Origin: a bacterium | GTDB lineage: Bacteria; Patescibacteriota; Microgenomatia; Curtissbacterales; GWA2-41-24 | NCBI GenBank assembly: GCA_021813945.1 | Contig: JAKAJD010000001.1 | Location: 206,115 to 270,114 of the forward strand | Reading direction: 5' to 3' | DNA length: 64,000 nt | Part shown: positions 37,963 to 47,855 of the stretch, piece by piece | Position numbering within the stretch: position 1 is the stretch's first letter | Layout of the letters: each line of letters opens with the position of its first letter | Notes under the pieces: generated by a model | The model's database searches: none | Told to the model about the DNA's origin: nothing | Seen by the model: the letters and a program-made list of their open reading frames with translations, nothing else | Made by a program: the position numbers and the translations under genes

Positions 37963-38217
37963 ATGAAAAAAAATCAAATTGGAAAAATACTTCATTACTT
38001 TGACAAAATAAAAGTAGCAGTTATAAAACTTGAAAATGGTGATCTAAAAATTGGAGACGAAATAGAAATAGTTGACCAGGAAGGCAATGCTTTATCCCAA
38101 AAAGTTGATTCAATGCAGATTGAACACGCTCAAATAGATATTGCCAAAGCAGGAGACGAATTTGGTCTAAAAGTTGAAAAAGCAGTTAAAGCAAAATCCA
38201 AGGTATTTAAAACTTAA
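37963..38217 (+). CDS. standalone beta-barrel protein (EF-Tu domain II / U32 C-terminal-like)
   Basis: IGKILHYFDKIKVA..LKIGD..QKVDSMQIEH..A..GD..GLKV. Confidence 0.65.
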   Translation: MKKNQIGKILHYFDKIKVAVIKLENGDLKIGDEIEIVDQEGNALSQKVDSMQIEHAQIDIAKAGDEFGLKVEKAVKAKSKVFKT

Positions 38218-38903
38218 TGTCAATCGTACTTCACGGAGAGGATATCCAAAATTCGTATCTTGAGCTTCAAAATACCCTTAGGCAATACCAAAACTTACAA
38301 AAATTAAGGCTCTCTTCTGAAAACGACCAGTCAATAAACGTGGCGCTTTTCTCAATCGATATGTTTGAAGCTAAAAAAGTTGTTATTGGGGAAGATCTTA
38401 TTGCAAGCAAAAAGGTAGACCCCAAAAGCCTTACTACAATACCAGAGGGCAATATCGTCATTTTTTGGGAGAAAAAAGAACTTCCCGCGTCAACTCTTAA
38501 GCTTTTTCCTCAGGGCACTACCATAAAACTTTTTAAGGCAAATCCTGTCTTATTCAAATTTCTTGATTCAATTGGATCCAGAAACGCAGTACAGCAAGGC
38601 CTTTTAGATAAACTAGAAAATACGAAAGTTGCCCTTACTTGGCAAATAGAAAATCGCCTTTTTTTGCTTATTCTCCTTAAGCTAGGCTACTCGGCAAAAA
38701 GAATCTCGGAAATTACCAAAAAACCAATGCAAGATTGGCAATTTGAGAAATTACAAACTCAAGCAAGAAATTTAAATCTCAACTTACTTAAGAAGTTATT
38801 CTCATCAACATTAAAAATAGAAACGTTGATAAAAAGCGGTCTCACAAATCAAGCTGAAAAAAATCTTATCTCACTGATGCTTTTGAAGCATTTCGCGAAC
38901 TAA
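38217..38903 (+). CDS. holA: DNA polymerase III delta subunit-like (truncated)
   Basis: LHGED N-terminus, LFKFLD, IKSG C-terminal collar pattern. Confidence 0.6.
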   Translation: MSIVLHGEDIQNSYLELQNTLRQYQNLQKLRLSSENDQSINVALFSIDMFEAKKVVIGEDLIASKKVDPKSLTTIPEGNIVIFWEKKELPASTLKLFPQGTTIKLFKANPVLFKFLDSIGSRNAVQQGLLDKLENTKVALTWQIENRLFLLILLKLGYSAKRISEITKKPMQDWQFEKLQTQARNLNLNLLKKLFSSTLKIETLIKSGLTNQAEKNLISLMLLKHFAN

Positions 38904-38945
38904 ATATTTGTTACAATAAGTTAACTGCCCATCCTGCATTAAGAT

Positions 38946-41222
38946 GTGGCGGAAATTATGCAGGACATTGTATGGTTTTCTGAAGTTGATAAAAACGATG
39001 TTCAGCTTGTTGGCGGAAAAGGGGCCAACCTGGGCGAGATGTACCACGCCAAAATCCCCATACCAAACGGTTTCATAGTCACGTCGCAAGCTTACTTCAA
39101 CGCTGTAACTTCATCAGGTGCGGCAGATAGAATTAAAGCAATTCTCTACAATTTGGATCCTGACAACCCTCTCCAGCTCGAGGAAAAAGCCAAAGCCTGC
39201 CAAAAAGAAATCCTGGAAATTGATCTGGATCCTAAACTTGAAAAAGTCTTATTTGACTATTACAAAAAACTTGGGAACGGTAAAGATACATATGTAGCCG
39301 TAAGGTCTTCGGCAACGGCAGAAGACCTACCCGATGCGTCGTTTGCAGGCCAGCAATCCACGTTCTTGAATGTCTTGGGTACCAGAGATTTGAAAAAATC
39401 ACTTCTTGACGCATGGGCATCGCTCTTCGAAGCAAGAGCGATTTTTTACAGGCGCCAAAAAAACTACGACGATTTCAAAGTAAAAATAGCAATCCCTGTT
39501 CAAAAAATGGTTCAGTCGGAATCTTCTGGGGTGATGTTTACCGTTGACCCTGTAACTTCAAATAAAAAAATAGTCGTAATTGAGGCCATATTTGGACTGG
39601 GGGAATTAATTGTCCAAGGTGAAGAAACCCCTGATCATTATGAAGTAGACAAAAAAAGTCTCGAAATAACCACAAAAAAAATTAACAGCCAAAAAAATCA
39701 ATTAGTAAAAACCAAATCTAAAAACGTACTTTTAAAAATTGCCGAAAGTCACAGCAAAGACCAAAAAATAACCGACGAACAAATTATATCCCTTGCAAAA
39801 ATCGGCCTATCTTTAGAAAAGCATTATTTTTTTCCACAAGACATTGAATGGGCAACTGAAGACGGGGAAATTTTTATCGTCCAAACAAGACCAGTTACAA
39901 CCATAAAAAAAGAGCAAAAACCTCAAAAACTCAAAGAGTCAGAAAAACTAAAGATCTTGGCGGAAGGGTCACCAGCTTCACCTGTAATTGCCTCAGGAAG
40001 AGTCGTTATCGTCAAAAATGTCTCAGAGCTGGGAAAAGTCACAAAAGGTAGCGTTTTGGTTACAGAAATGACTAATCCGGACTTTGTCCCGGCAATGAAA
40101 AAAGCAGTTGCCATTGTAACGGAAAGAGGAGGAAGAACATCGCATGCAGCAATTGTCTCCCGAGAACTCGGAATAGCCAGCGCTGTAGGGGTTGAAGGAG
40201 CGCTAAAAAAATTAAAAGAGGGAATGGTTGTAACAGTGGATGGAGCAAAAGGCCTAATCTATGAAGGCTCACCTGTCAAACAAAAAGGCCAAGAGACAAC
40301 ACTCAAAAAAGAATCACGCGATGCCAACTTCAAAAAAACGGCGACGCACCTTTATGTCAATTTAGCAGAACCCGACCAGGCAGCAATTGTAGCTGCAAAA
40401 AACGTCGACGGGGTCGGCCTTTTAAGAGCTGAATTTTTACTTGCCAAAATTGGAACGCATCCCAAAGAATACATCAAGCAAAAAAAAGAAAAAGAATTTA
40501 TCGAAGAACTTTCGAAAGGATTAGCCATGTTTGGAAAAGCTTTTGGTAAAAGGCCTGTTATTTATCGCGCCAGCGATTTGAAATCCAATGAGTACCGGGA
40601 CTTAAAAGGCGGAGATAAATATGAACCGAACGAACCTAACCCATTAATGGGCTATCGTGGGGCCTACAGGTATGTAAAAGACCCTGATATTTTCAAAATG
40701 GAGCTCCAAAGCCTAATTGAAGTGCGCAAGAACTATAAAAACATTCACCTCATGATACCGTTTGTGAGAACACCTCAAGAGCTAAAAGCGGTTCGCGCTT
40801 TAGTAGAGGAAAAAGGGTTATTTGATGACAAGACATTTAAGTTTTATATGATGGCCGAGCTACCAACTAATGTAATCTCGCTTGAAGACTTCATAAAAGT
40901 AGGCGTAGATGGCGTTTCCATAGGGACAAATGATTTGACAATGTTAGTTTTAGGTACAGACAGGGACAACGAAGAAGTAGCCGCAGAGTATTTTGAGATG
41001 AACCCATCTGTGCTTTGGTGCCTGGAAAGAATTGTAAAAACGGCTGGCAAATTTAATGTCACATCATCCATTTGTGGTGAAGCAGCATCTACATATCCGG
41101 ATCTAACAGAAAAACTTGTCTCATGGGGCGTAACGTCTATTTCGGTAAATCAGGATGTCCTCGATTCTACCCGGGAAATTATTGCTGCCGCCGAAAAAAA
41201 GTTATTAGCCAAAGGAAACTAA
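38946..41222 (+). CDS. ppsA: phosphoenolpyruvate synthase
   Basis: VGGKGANLGE, AVRSSATAED..SFAGQ, TSHAAIVSRELG, EPNPLMGYRG, SIGTNDLT. Confidence 0.95.
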   Translation: MAEIMQDIVWFSEVDKNDVQLVGGKGANLGEMYHAKIPIPNGFIVTSQAYFNAVTSSGAADRIKAILYNLDPDNPLQLEEKAKACQKEILEIDLDPKLEKVLFDYYKKLGNGKDTYVAVRSSATAEDLPDASFAGQQSTFLNVLGTRDLKKSLLDAWASLFEARAIFYRRQKNYDDFKVKIAIPVQKMVQSESSGVMFTVDPVTSNKKIVVIEAIFGLGELIVQGEETPDHYEVDKKSLEITTKKINSQKNQLVKTKSKNVLLKIAESHSKDQKITDEQIISLAKIGLSLEKHYFFPQDIEWATEDGEIFIVQTRPVTTIKKEQKPQKLKESEKLKILAEGSPASPVIASGRVVIVKNVSELGKVTKGSVLVTEMTNPDFVPAMKKAVAIVTERGGRTSHAAIVSRELGIASAVGVEGALKKLKEGMVVTVDGAKGLIYEGSPVKQKGQETTLKKESRDANFKKTATHLYVNLAEPDQAAIVAAKNVDGVGLLRAEFLLAKIGTHPKEYIKQKKEKEFIEELSKGLAMFGKAFGKRPVIYRASDLKSNEYRDLKGGDKYEPNEPNPLMGYRGAYRYVKDPDIFKMELQSLIEVRKNYKNIHLMIPFVRTPQELKAVRALVEEKGLFDDKTFKFYMMAELPTNVISLEDFIKVGVDGVSIGTNDLTMLVLGTDRDNEEVAAEYFEMNPSVLWCLERIVKTAGKFNVTSSICGEAASTYPDLTEKLVSWGVTSISVNQDVLDSTREIIAAAEKKLLAKGN

Positions 41223-42479
41223 ATGGCCAAAATTAAAAAAATCATAGCCAGAGAAATACTCGATAGTCGGGGTATGCCCACAATAGAAGCTATTGTACAG
41301 CTTGAAGATGGCGCTGTGGGCTCCTTTGCAACCCCATCCGGAATTTCCGTAGGCAAACATGAAGCAGTCGAACTACGTGATGGCGACAGCAAGAGGTATG
41401 GAGGTCACGGCGTGCTAAAAGCCTTAGAAAATATCTTAACATTTTTGGCACCTGCCTTAATTGGAAAAGATGCGCGAGATCAAGCAGAAATAGATAAATT
41501 AATGATACAAATCGACGGAACTGACAACAAATCCAAAATGGGAGCAAACAGCATACTTTCCCTTTCCGGGGCTATAACTCGTGCTCAAGCTGCGTCTCTC
41601 AAAATAACACTGTATCAATACATCTCCAGTATTTTAACTGGAAAAGTCGCAGCCCAATTTTCGATTCCCACACCAATGTTTAACATTTTAAATGGCGGAA
41701 AACATGGCGGAGGAAATATAGATTTTCAAGAGTTCTTAATTGTCCCTCCTCAGGCTAATTCTTATTCTCAAAATCTAAAAACCGGTGTCGAAATTTATTA
41801 TTCTCTAAAAGAGGTAATCACAAACCACAGTGGCGTCACGCTTCTTGGTGAGGAAGGTGGCTATGCACCGACTTTATATTCCAACTCAGACGCTTTTAAG
41901 ATCATAGAAGAATCTGTAACACGGGCAGGCTATACATTGGGTCTTGATACATTTTTAAGTGTGGATGTCGGGTCATCCTCTTTTATGAAGGGTGGAGCCT
42001 ACAAGATCAAAGACAGGCCTGTTGGTCTTACAGCTTCCGAATTTATCGATTTCTTTGTAGCACTAAACGAGCAATATCACATGCTCTCGTTGGAAGATCC
42101 GCTTTCGGAAGATGATTGGGATGGCTGGCACAAAATAACAGAAGCGATGGGTGAAAAGACAATAATAGTTGGTGACGATCTTATAACTACCAACATGGAA
42201 AGACTTAAAAAAGCTATTGATAAAAAATCTGCAAACGGAATAATCATAAAGCCCAATCAGGTTGGAACCATTACAGAAACTCTCGAGGTAGTAAAAGTTG
42301 CCAAAGCAGCAAACTTCAAAACAATTGTTTCGCATAGGTCGGGAGAGACTGATGACGATTTCATTGCTGATTTTGCTGTAGGGATTGGCTCCGATTATGC
42401 AAAATTTGGGGCACCCGCAAGAGGAGAAAGGGTAGCAAAATACAACAGGCTTTTGGCAATAGAGCATGAACTTTCCTAA
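41223..42479 (+). CDS. eno: enolase
   Basis: REILDSRG.PT, EAVELRD, VGDDL, SHRSGET, ERVAKYN. Confidence 0.95.
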   Translation: MAKIKKIIAREILDSRGMPTIEAIVQLEDGAVGSFATPSGISVGKHEAVELRDGDSKRYGGHGVLKALENILTFLAPALIGKDARDQAEIDKLMIQIDGTDNKSKMGANSILSLSGAITRAQAASLKITLYQYISSILTGKVAAQFSIPTPMFNILNGGKHGGGNIDFQEFLIVPPQANSYSQNLKTGVEIYYSLKEVITNHSGVTLLGEEGGYAPTLYSNSDAFKIIEESVTRAGYTLGLDTFLSVDVGSSSFMKGGAYKIKDRPVGLTASEFIDFFVALNEQYHMLSLEDPLSEDDWDGWHKITEAMGEKTIIVGDDLITTNMERLKKAIDKKSANGIIIKPNQVGTITETLEVVKVAKAANFKTIVSHRSGETDDDFIADFAVGIGSDYAKFGAPARGERVAKYNRLLAIEHELS

Positions 42480-44077
42480 TGTTAAGAGTAACTGAAAAAC
42501 CAAAGCCTGTAGTTTTGTGTATCCTAGATGGTTGGGGTGTTTCCCAAGACAGTCCAGGTAATGCAATAACCAGAGCTCGCCCCACAAACTACAACAATTT
42601 TTGGTTTTCTTATCCGCATGCTTTACTTGTAGCATCCGGCCAAGCAGTTGGGCTACCGGAGGGGCACGTAGGAAATAGTGAGGTGGGACACCTCAATCTT
42701 GGCGCCGGCAGGGTAGTTTTTCAAGATTTATTGAGGCTAAACAATGCGATAGCAGACGGTACTTTTTTTGAAAACCCTGCGCTTATTGGTGCAATCGATC
42801 ACATTACAAAAAATAACTCTAACATTCATCTGATGGGCCTTGTTGGCTTGGGCGCAGTCCACAGTGAAATGAGCCATCTTTACGCACTTTTGACTTTACT
42901 CCAAAAAAAACAGATCCCCGCCTCAAGAATTAAGCTCCACCTATTTACAGACGGTAGAGATAGCCCGCCAACTTCTGCAAAAATCTACATGAGTGATCTG
43001 GAAAATAAGCTTAAAACTGGGAATCTTGGAGAAATAGCATCTGTAAGCGGAAGGTATTTCGCAATGGACCGGGACAACCGCTGGGACAGGACTGCAAAGG
43101 CATATTTAACAATAGTCGGTAAAGGCCAAAACAAAGCTCCAAATGCGCTTTCCGTTATCGACAACTCTTACACTAACGGCAAAACAGACGAGTTTATTGA
43201 ACCGACAATAATTGCCGATGAAAGTGGTATCCCAATCGGCGCCGTCTCGGCCAATGATTCGATAATATTTTTCAATTACCGCCCGGATAGGGCCAGGCAA
43301 TTAACTCAAGCTTTTGTTTTGGACGATCTTACGCACCTAAGAACATCATCAGGTGAACAAGCAGCTGGATTCGAAAGAGGTCCAAAAATCGCAAATCTAT
43401 ATTTTGTTTCACTCACACGTTACTCGAAGGATCTACCTGTGACAGCTGCTGCTTTTAACCCGGAGGAAGTAACCATGCCAATTGCCCGAATTTTTGCAGA
43501 ACGAAATGCAAGGCAACTTCATATCGCCGAAACAGAAAAATACGGACACGTTACATATTTTTTTAATGGTGGTTTGGAAAAACCATTCAAGGGGGAAGAT
43601 AGAATTCTAATCGACTCTCCAAAAGTAGCTTCGTACGATAAGGCTCCAGAGATGTCTGCGGGTGCTTTAACCCAAAGATTAATTGAAAAAATTAATAGCA
43701 GAATCTATGACTTTATTGTCGTAAATTACGCAAATGCAGATATGGTCGGCCATAGCGGGAATATTGAAGCAACAATAAAAGGTGTTCAGACAATCGATCA
43801 AAATTTAGGAATTCTCGCCAAAACTGTTTTAGCTGCTGGCGGCGGTCTTATCGTAACCGCAGATCACGGTAACGCCGAAGAAATGATAAATCTAAGAACA
43901 GGGGAGCCAGACACCGAACATAACATAAGCCCAGTCCCTGCAATATTTATCTTTAAAGAATTGGAAGGAAACGCCCAGCAACTCCCTCAAGGTTTACTTG
44001 CAGACATTGCACCAACTGTACTCGGTGTTCTGCAAATCCCCAAACCTTCGCAGATGACCGGCAGAAGTTTACTTTAG
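42479..44077 (+). CDS. gpmI: 2,3-BPG-independent phosphoglycerate mutase
   Basis: LDGWG, GNSEVGH, DGRD, AMDRDNRW, TADHGNAE. Confidence 0.96.
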   Translation: MLRVTEKPKPVVLCILDGWGVSQDSPGNAITRARPTNYNNFWFSYPHALLVASGQAVGLPEGHVGNSEVGHLNLGAGRVVFQDLLRLNNAIADGTFFENPALIGAIDHITKNNSNIHLMGLVGLGAVHSEMSHLYALLTLLQKKQIPASRIKLHLFTDGRDSPPTSAKIYMSDLENKLKTGNLGEIASVSGRYFAMDRDNRWDRTAKAYLTIVGKGQNKAPNALSVIDNSYTNGKTDEFIEPTIIADESGIPIGAVSANDSIIFFNYRPDRARQLTQAFVLDDLTHLRTSSGEQAAGFERGPKIANLYFVSLTRYSKDLPVTAAAFNPEEVTMPIARIFAERNARQLHIAETEKYGHVTYFFNGGLEKPFKGEDRILIDSPKVASYDKAPEMSAGALTQRLIEKINSRIYDFIVVNYANADMVGHSGNIEATIKGVQTIDQNLGILAKTVLAAGGGLIVTADHGNAEEMINLRTGEPDTEHNISPVPAIFIFKELEGNAQQLPQGLLADIAPTVLGVLQIPKPSQMTGRSLL

Positions 44078-44104
44078 TCACAAATCGATGTTATTATTTC
44101 TCTA

Positions 44105-44308
44105 ATGTTAGAGAGTGACATCGGATGTTCGATAGTTAACCGATCAAATCCAATAGATATACAGGCTCAGATGCAGACCCTCGCAGGGCAACCGTCAGAA
44201 ATTAGGTGGAAAGCACTTGAAAAATCACTTAAAGCAAACGCTGATTATCGTCGAAGACACAGGGTCGCTGATCCAAAATCGGTGAGGGAAATAGTCTTTT
44301 CTGCTTAA
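44105..44308 (+). CDS. small hypothetical protein
   Basis: 67-aa ORF exactly filling the gpmI-rsmI gap, with TATTAT-7nt-ATG upstream. Confidence 0.4.
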   Translation: MLESDIGCSIVNRSNPIDIQAQMQTLAGQPSEIRWKALEKSLKANADYRRRHRVADPKSVREIVFSA

Positions 44309-44961
44309 AAAAGGATTACAAATTCTCCCTTAATAGTCATTTTAAACTCGCTAATTTTTCCCCGATAAATTTCTTCATGGAGCTTCGTTAGCTCTCTGCA
44401 TACAATAATTTCTATATCTCCAAATACATTCTTAATGGAATCGAGTGTTTTTAAAACACGAAAAGGCGATTCATATATTATAAAGGTTGTTTTGACAATA
44501 CCATCAATCTTTTTTAAATCCTCAAGCTGGCTTTTTCTTTTCCCATCTTTTTTCGAAAGATATCCAACAAACATAAGCTTGTCTGTTGGAAGACCCGATA
44601 CAGTCAATGCGGCAATAGCAGCAGTCGGACCTGGAATTGACTCCACCTTAATGCCTTGAGATATTGCTTCCCTAACAACCTTAAACCCGGGATCGGAAAC
44701 AAGTGGAGTGCCGGCATCAGAAATCAATGCAATACTTGCACCCAATTTTAATTTTTGAATGATTTCTGGCAATCTCGACTCTTCATTAAAGTCATTAACT
44801 GCTATCATAGGTTTGTTTATGGACAAATGGCTCAGAAGTTTTCCAGTCACCCTGGTATCCTCACAGCAAACAAAATCGACACTTTCCAAAACATCAATCG
44901 CCCTCAAAGTGATATCTTTCAAATTGCCTATTGGAGTCGATACAATATACAAAGTGCCCAT
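44305..44961 (-). CDS. rsmI: 16S rRNA C1402 2'-O-methyltransferase
   Basis: LYIVSTPIGNL.DIT.RA, EDTR, SDAGTP.VSDPG, RELTK.HEE. Confidence 0.95.
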   Translation of the reverse strand: MGTLYIVSTPIGNLKDITLRAIDVLESVDFVCCEDTRVTGKLLSHLSINKPMIAVNDFNEESRLPEIIQKLKLGASIALISDAGTPLVSDPGFKVVREAISQGIKVESIPGPTAAIAALTVSGLPTDKLMFVGYLSKKDGKRKSQLEDLKKIDGIVKTTFIIYESPFRVLKTLDSIKNVFGDIEIIVCRELTKLHEEIYRGKISEFKMTIKGEFVILF

Positions 44962-45004
44962 AAGCGTGTTTATTGTTTACTGTTTATAAGCCTATGTCAA
45001 ATTA

Positions 45005-45652
45005 ATGAATCAATCAATTCTCGAAGCAATTGGTTTTTGGGTTATGGGAGTAATCTCTCACATGGGATACGGCGGCGTATTTTTCCTAATGACCCTTGAG
45101 TCTGCACTGATCCCAATACCGTCGGAAGTTATTATGCCCTTTTCTGGTTTCCTTGCGTCAACAGGCCGTTTTAGTCTTCCACTTGTCGCCTTAGTCGGGG
45201 CATTAGGTAACTTATTTGGATCCTGGATAGCCTACGCCATTGGTTATTACAAAGGAGAAAAATATGTAAGGATTCTAGTCAAAAAGTACGGTAAATTCAT
45301 TTTACTCACAGAAGAAGAGTTCGATTCGTCACTAAGACTTTTTAGTAAGTATGGACAGTGGCTTGCTGCTGCTTCACGCCTTTTACCTGCTGTAAGAACC
45401 GTAATCTCTCTTCCCGCTGGAATTGCCAAAGTCGATTTTTGGAAATTTTCAGCTTTAACCTTCTTCGGGTCTTTGATTTGGTCTTATGTATTAGCTTATA
45501 TCGGATACGTTTTGGGCCAAAATTGGGAAATAATAAGACCAATTTTTAGAAAATTTGATATTCTGATAGTTATTATTGCAATACTTCTTGTTGGAGCATA
45601 TCTTTACCACAAGTTGCTGAGTCCCAGGATTAAAGCGAAAAGATCTTCTTAA
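45005..45652 (+). CDS. DedA family membrane protein
   Basis: LESALIPIPSE, RLLPAVRTVISLPAG. Confidence 0.9.
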   Translation: MNQSILEAIGFWVMGVISHMGYGGVFFLMTLESALIPIPSEVIMPFSGFLASTGRFSLPLVALVGALGNLFGSWIAYAIGYYKGEKYVRILVKKYGKFILLTEEEFDSSLRLFSKYGQWLAAASRLLPAVRTVISLPAGIAKVDFWKFSALTFFGSLIWSYVLAYIGYVLGQNWEIIRPIFRKFDILIVIIAILLVGAYLYHKLLSPRIKAKRSS

Positions 45653-45722
45653 ATTTGTTACAAAAAGTTTATCTAATTAAAAGCTACTAGACAAAACGCT
45701 TAGGTACACTTATTCTTAAATT

Positions 45723-47078
45723 ATGAGCTTGCCTCAATTCCCGGATGAGGTTTTAAGAGTTTCAAAACGCGTTGCCGCATTTCCAAAGGAATCTAAAAGA
45801 AAAGGCTTTAGTCGTTTTCTTCGAATACTTGGCCCAGGTATTGTTACGGGCGCTGCCGATGACGACCCCTCAGGTATAGCAACTTACTCTCAAGCTGGTG
45901 CACAGTTTGGCTTCAACATGCCCTGGACCATGCTTTTTACCTTTCCACTCATGACAGCAGTCCAAGAAGCATGCGCAAGGGTTGGGGCCGTAACAGGCAA
46001 GGGCTTAGCCGCTTCTGTTAGAGATCATTATTCAAAAAAAGTACTTTATCCCGTTGTAGCTCTGGTAGTAACTGCAAACACGTTTAACATCGGATCAGAT
46101 ATAGGTGCTATGGCCGCGAGTACTAGGTTGCTTCTCCCCAATATACCTTTTGCTCTTTTAGCAGTTGCATTTGCAACAATTATTTTGATCTTAGAAATAA
46201 TGGTTTCCTACAGAACCTATATGCATATCTTAAAATGGTTAGCTATGGCTTTGTTTGCATATTTTATAACGGCATTCATGGTTCAAGTACCCTGGACTGA
46301 TGTACTAAAGGCAACACTTGTGCCACATATAGAATTGAACAAAGAATTTCTATATATAATCGTTGGAATTTTCGGAACAACTATTTCCCCTTACCTGTTT
46401 TTTTGGCAGACAAGTAACGTTGTAGAAGACGAAATAGCAGAACATCGCTTGGCAGAAAACACAGAAGGCACTCCCCGTATTTCAAAACCCTATATTCAAC
46501 GTTTGAGAATCGATACCGCTGTAGGAATGCTGTTTTCTAATGTGAGTGCCTGGTTTATCATCGTTGTAGGTGCGGTAGTTTTAAACAGTGCAGGAGTAAC
46601 AGATATAAAAACCGCAGCGGATGCGGCAAGAGCACTTGAGCCACTAGTCAAAAGCTTCCCCAATGCTGGTTTTCTTGCCAAGTTGATTTTTTCCATTGGT
46701 GTAATTGGCATCGGCCTCCAAAGCATACCCGTATTAGCAGGGTCATCTTCTTATGCAGTCTCTGAAACATTCAACTGGCGTGAAGGATTGTTTAGAAAAT
46801 TCAAACAGGCGCGTGAATTCTATTTTGTAATAATTTTTGGAACACTGGTCGGTCTCATATTTAATTTTATTGGCTTCGATCCTATGAAAGCACTTGTGCT
46901 AACGGCTGTTTTTAACGGTATTGCTGCTGTACCTCTTATTTTCCTAATCGCCAAGGTTTCAGGAAGGGAAGACATAATGGGAGAACACAAAAGCGGAGTT
47001 TGGTCTAAACTTGGTCTTTGGATATCTTTTGTGGTAATGGGAGTTTTCTCAGCCGCCTTACTTGTTTCTTTTCTCTAA
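45723..47078 (+). CDS. NRAMP-family divalent metal transporter
   Basis: GPGIVTGAADDDPSGIATYSQAGA, GTTISPY. Confidence 0.88.
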   Translation: MSLPQFPDEVLRVSKRVAAFPKESKRKGFSRFLRILGPGIVTGAADDDPSGIATYSQAGAQFGFNMPWTMLFTFPLMTAVQEACARVGAVTGKGLAASVRDHYSKKVLYPVVALVVTANTFNIGSDIGAMAASTRLLLPNIPFALLAVAFATIILILEIMVSYRTYMHILKWLAMALFAYFITAFMVQVPWTDVLKATLVPHIELNKEFLYIIVGIFGTTISPYLFFWQTSNVVEDEIAEHRLAENTEGTPRISKPYIQRLRIDTAVGMLFSNVSAWFIIVVGAVVLNSAGVTDIKTAADAARALEPLVKSFPNAGFLAKLIFSIGVIGIGLQSIPVLAGSSSYAVSETFNWREGLFRKFKQAREFYFVIIFGTLVGLIFNFIGFDPMKALVLTAVFNGIAAVPLIFLIAKVSGREDIMGEHKSGVWSKLGLWISFVVMGVFSAALLVSFL

Positions 47079-47096
47079 AACGAAATGAGCTCGTAC

Positions 47097-47717
47097 TTAA
47101 TTCTGGTACTTTCTAATAACTGCAACACACTTACCCTGTATCGTTACATTTTTGGCAAATATTGGCTGCATAGTAGTATTTGAAGGCTGCAACCTAACTC
47201 TATCCTTTTCCTTAAAGAAACGTTTTAAAGTCACAACCCCGTTTTCTATCATCGCGACGACAATGTCCCCGTTATTCGCGTGGTTTGTCTCCTCAATAAC
47301 TACAAAGTCTCCATCCAAAATTCCGTCATCCACCATAGATTCTCCCTTAACTTGCAAAACATAAGATTTTTTGTTTGCGGAAACCATATTTGCGGAAACT
47401 GCAAAAGTTGCATTAGGGTCGGTATAAGGTTCGATTGGAGAACCAGCAGCAATGAAACCCGAAAGAGGCAACTCAATGCCCTTAACAATTTTTCCGATTT
47501 TTTGGTCTATCAGCTCTATGCTTCTGGACACTCCACCGGATTTTTTGATCAAACCCTTTTTCTCTAGCGTCTGTAAATGCTCATGGACTGTAGCAAGCGA
47601 TTTAACCCCAAGTTTTTTAGCAATCTCAACTAAAGTCGGCGCATGTCCGTACTTTTCAATATAGTCGTTAAGATAATCTAAAATTTGTTTTTGCCTTTTG
47701 TATAAAACTAAACTCAT
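47097..47717 (-). CDS. lexA: LexA repressor
   Basis: wHTH (RQKQIL..PT..EI), Ala-Gly cleavage site IAAG, catalytic GESM and TLKR. Start revised to ATG 47717. Confidence 0.95.
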   Translation of the reverse strand: MSLVLYKRQKQILDYLNDYIEKYGHAPTLVEIAKKLGVKSLATVHEHLQTLEKKGLIKKSGGVSRSIELIDQKIGKIVKGIELPLSGFIAAGSPIEPYTDPNATFAVSANMVSANKKSYVLQVKGESMVDDGILDGDFVVIEETNHANNGDIVVAMIENGVVTLKRFFKEKDRVRLQPSNTTMQPIFAKNVTIQGKCVAVIRKYQN

Positions 47718-47728
47718 GTTATGATATA

Positions 47729-47815
47729 TATATACCAAATAAAACCCGAAATTGTCAAGGGCCCAATTTATTGTTTTGAGCCGCTAAACCGGTCTAAAAA
47801 CCCGAAATTGTCAAG
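47729..47815. promoter_or_regulatory. lexA/uvrB divergent promoter region with putative LexA operator (47735-47750) and a 19-bp direct repeat
   Basis: Minus strand TTGACA-a-t-TTCGGGTTTTATTTGG-TATATA. AAAACCCGAAATTGTCAAG occurs at 47741 and 47797. Confidence 0.8.
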
Positions 47816-47855
47816 AATCAAATCTGGCGGATTTAATATATAATGTACGATTGAT

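Noticed and set aside
41223-42479. Divergent enolase motifs (PSGISVG, GEEGG, YAKFG)
   Set aside because: Catalytic and metal-binding residues still appear present, so this is ordinary divergence.
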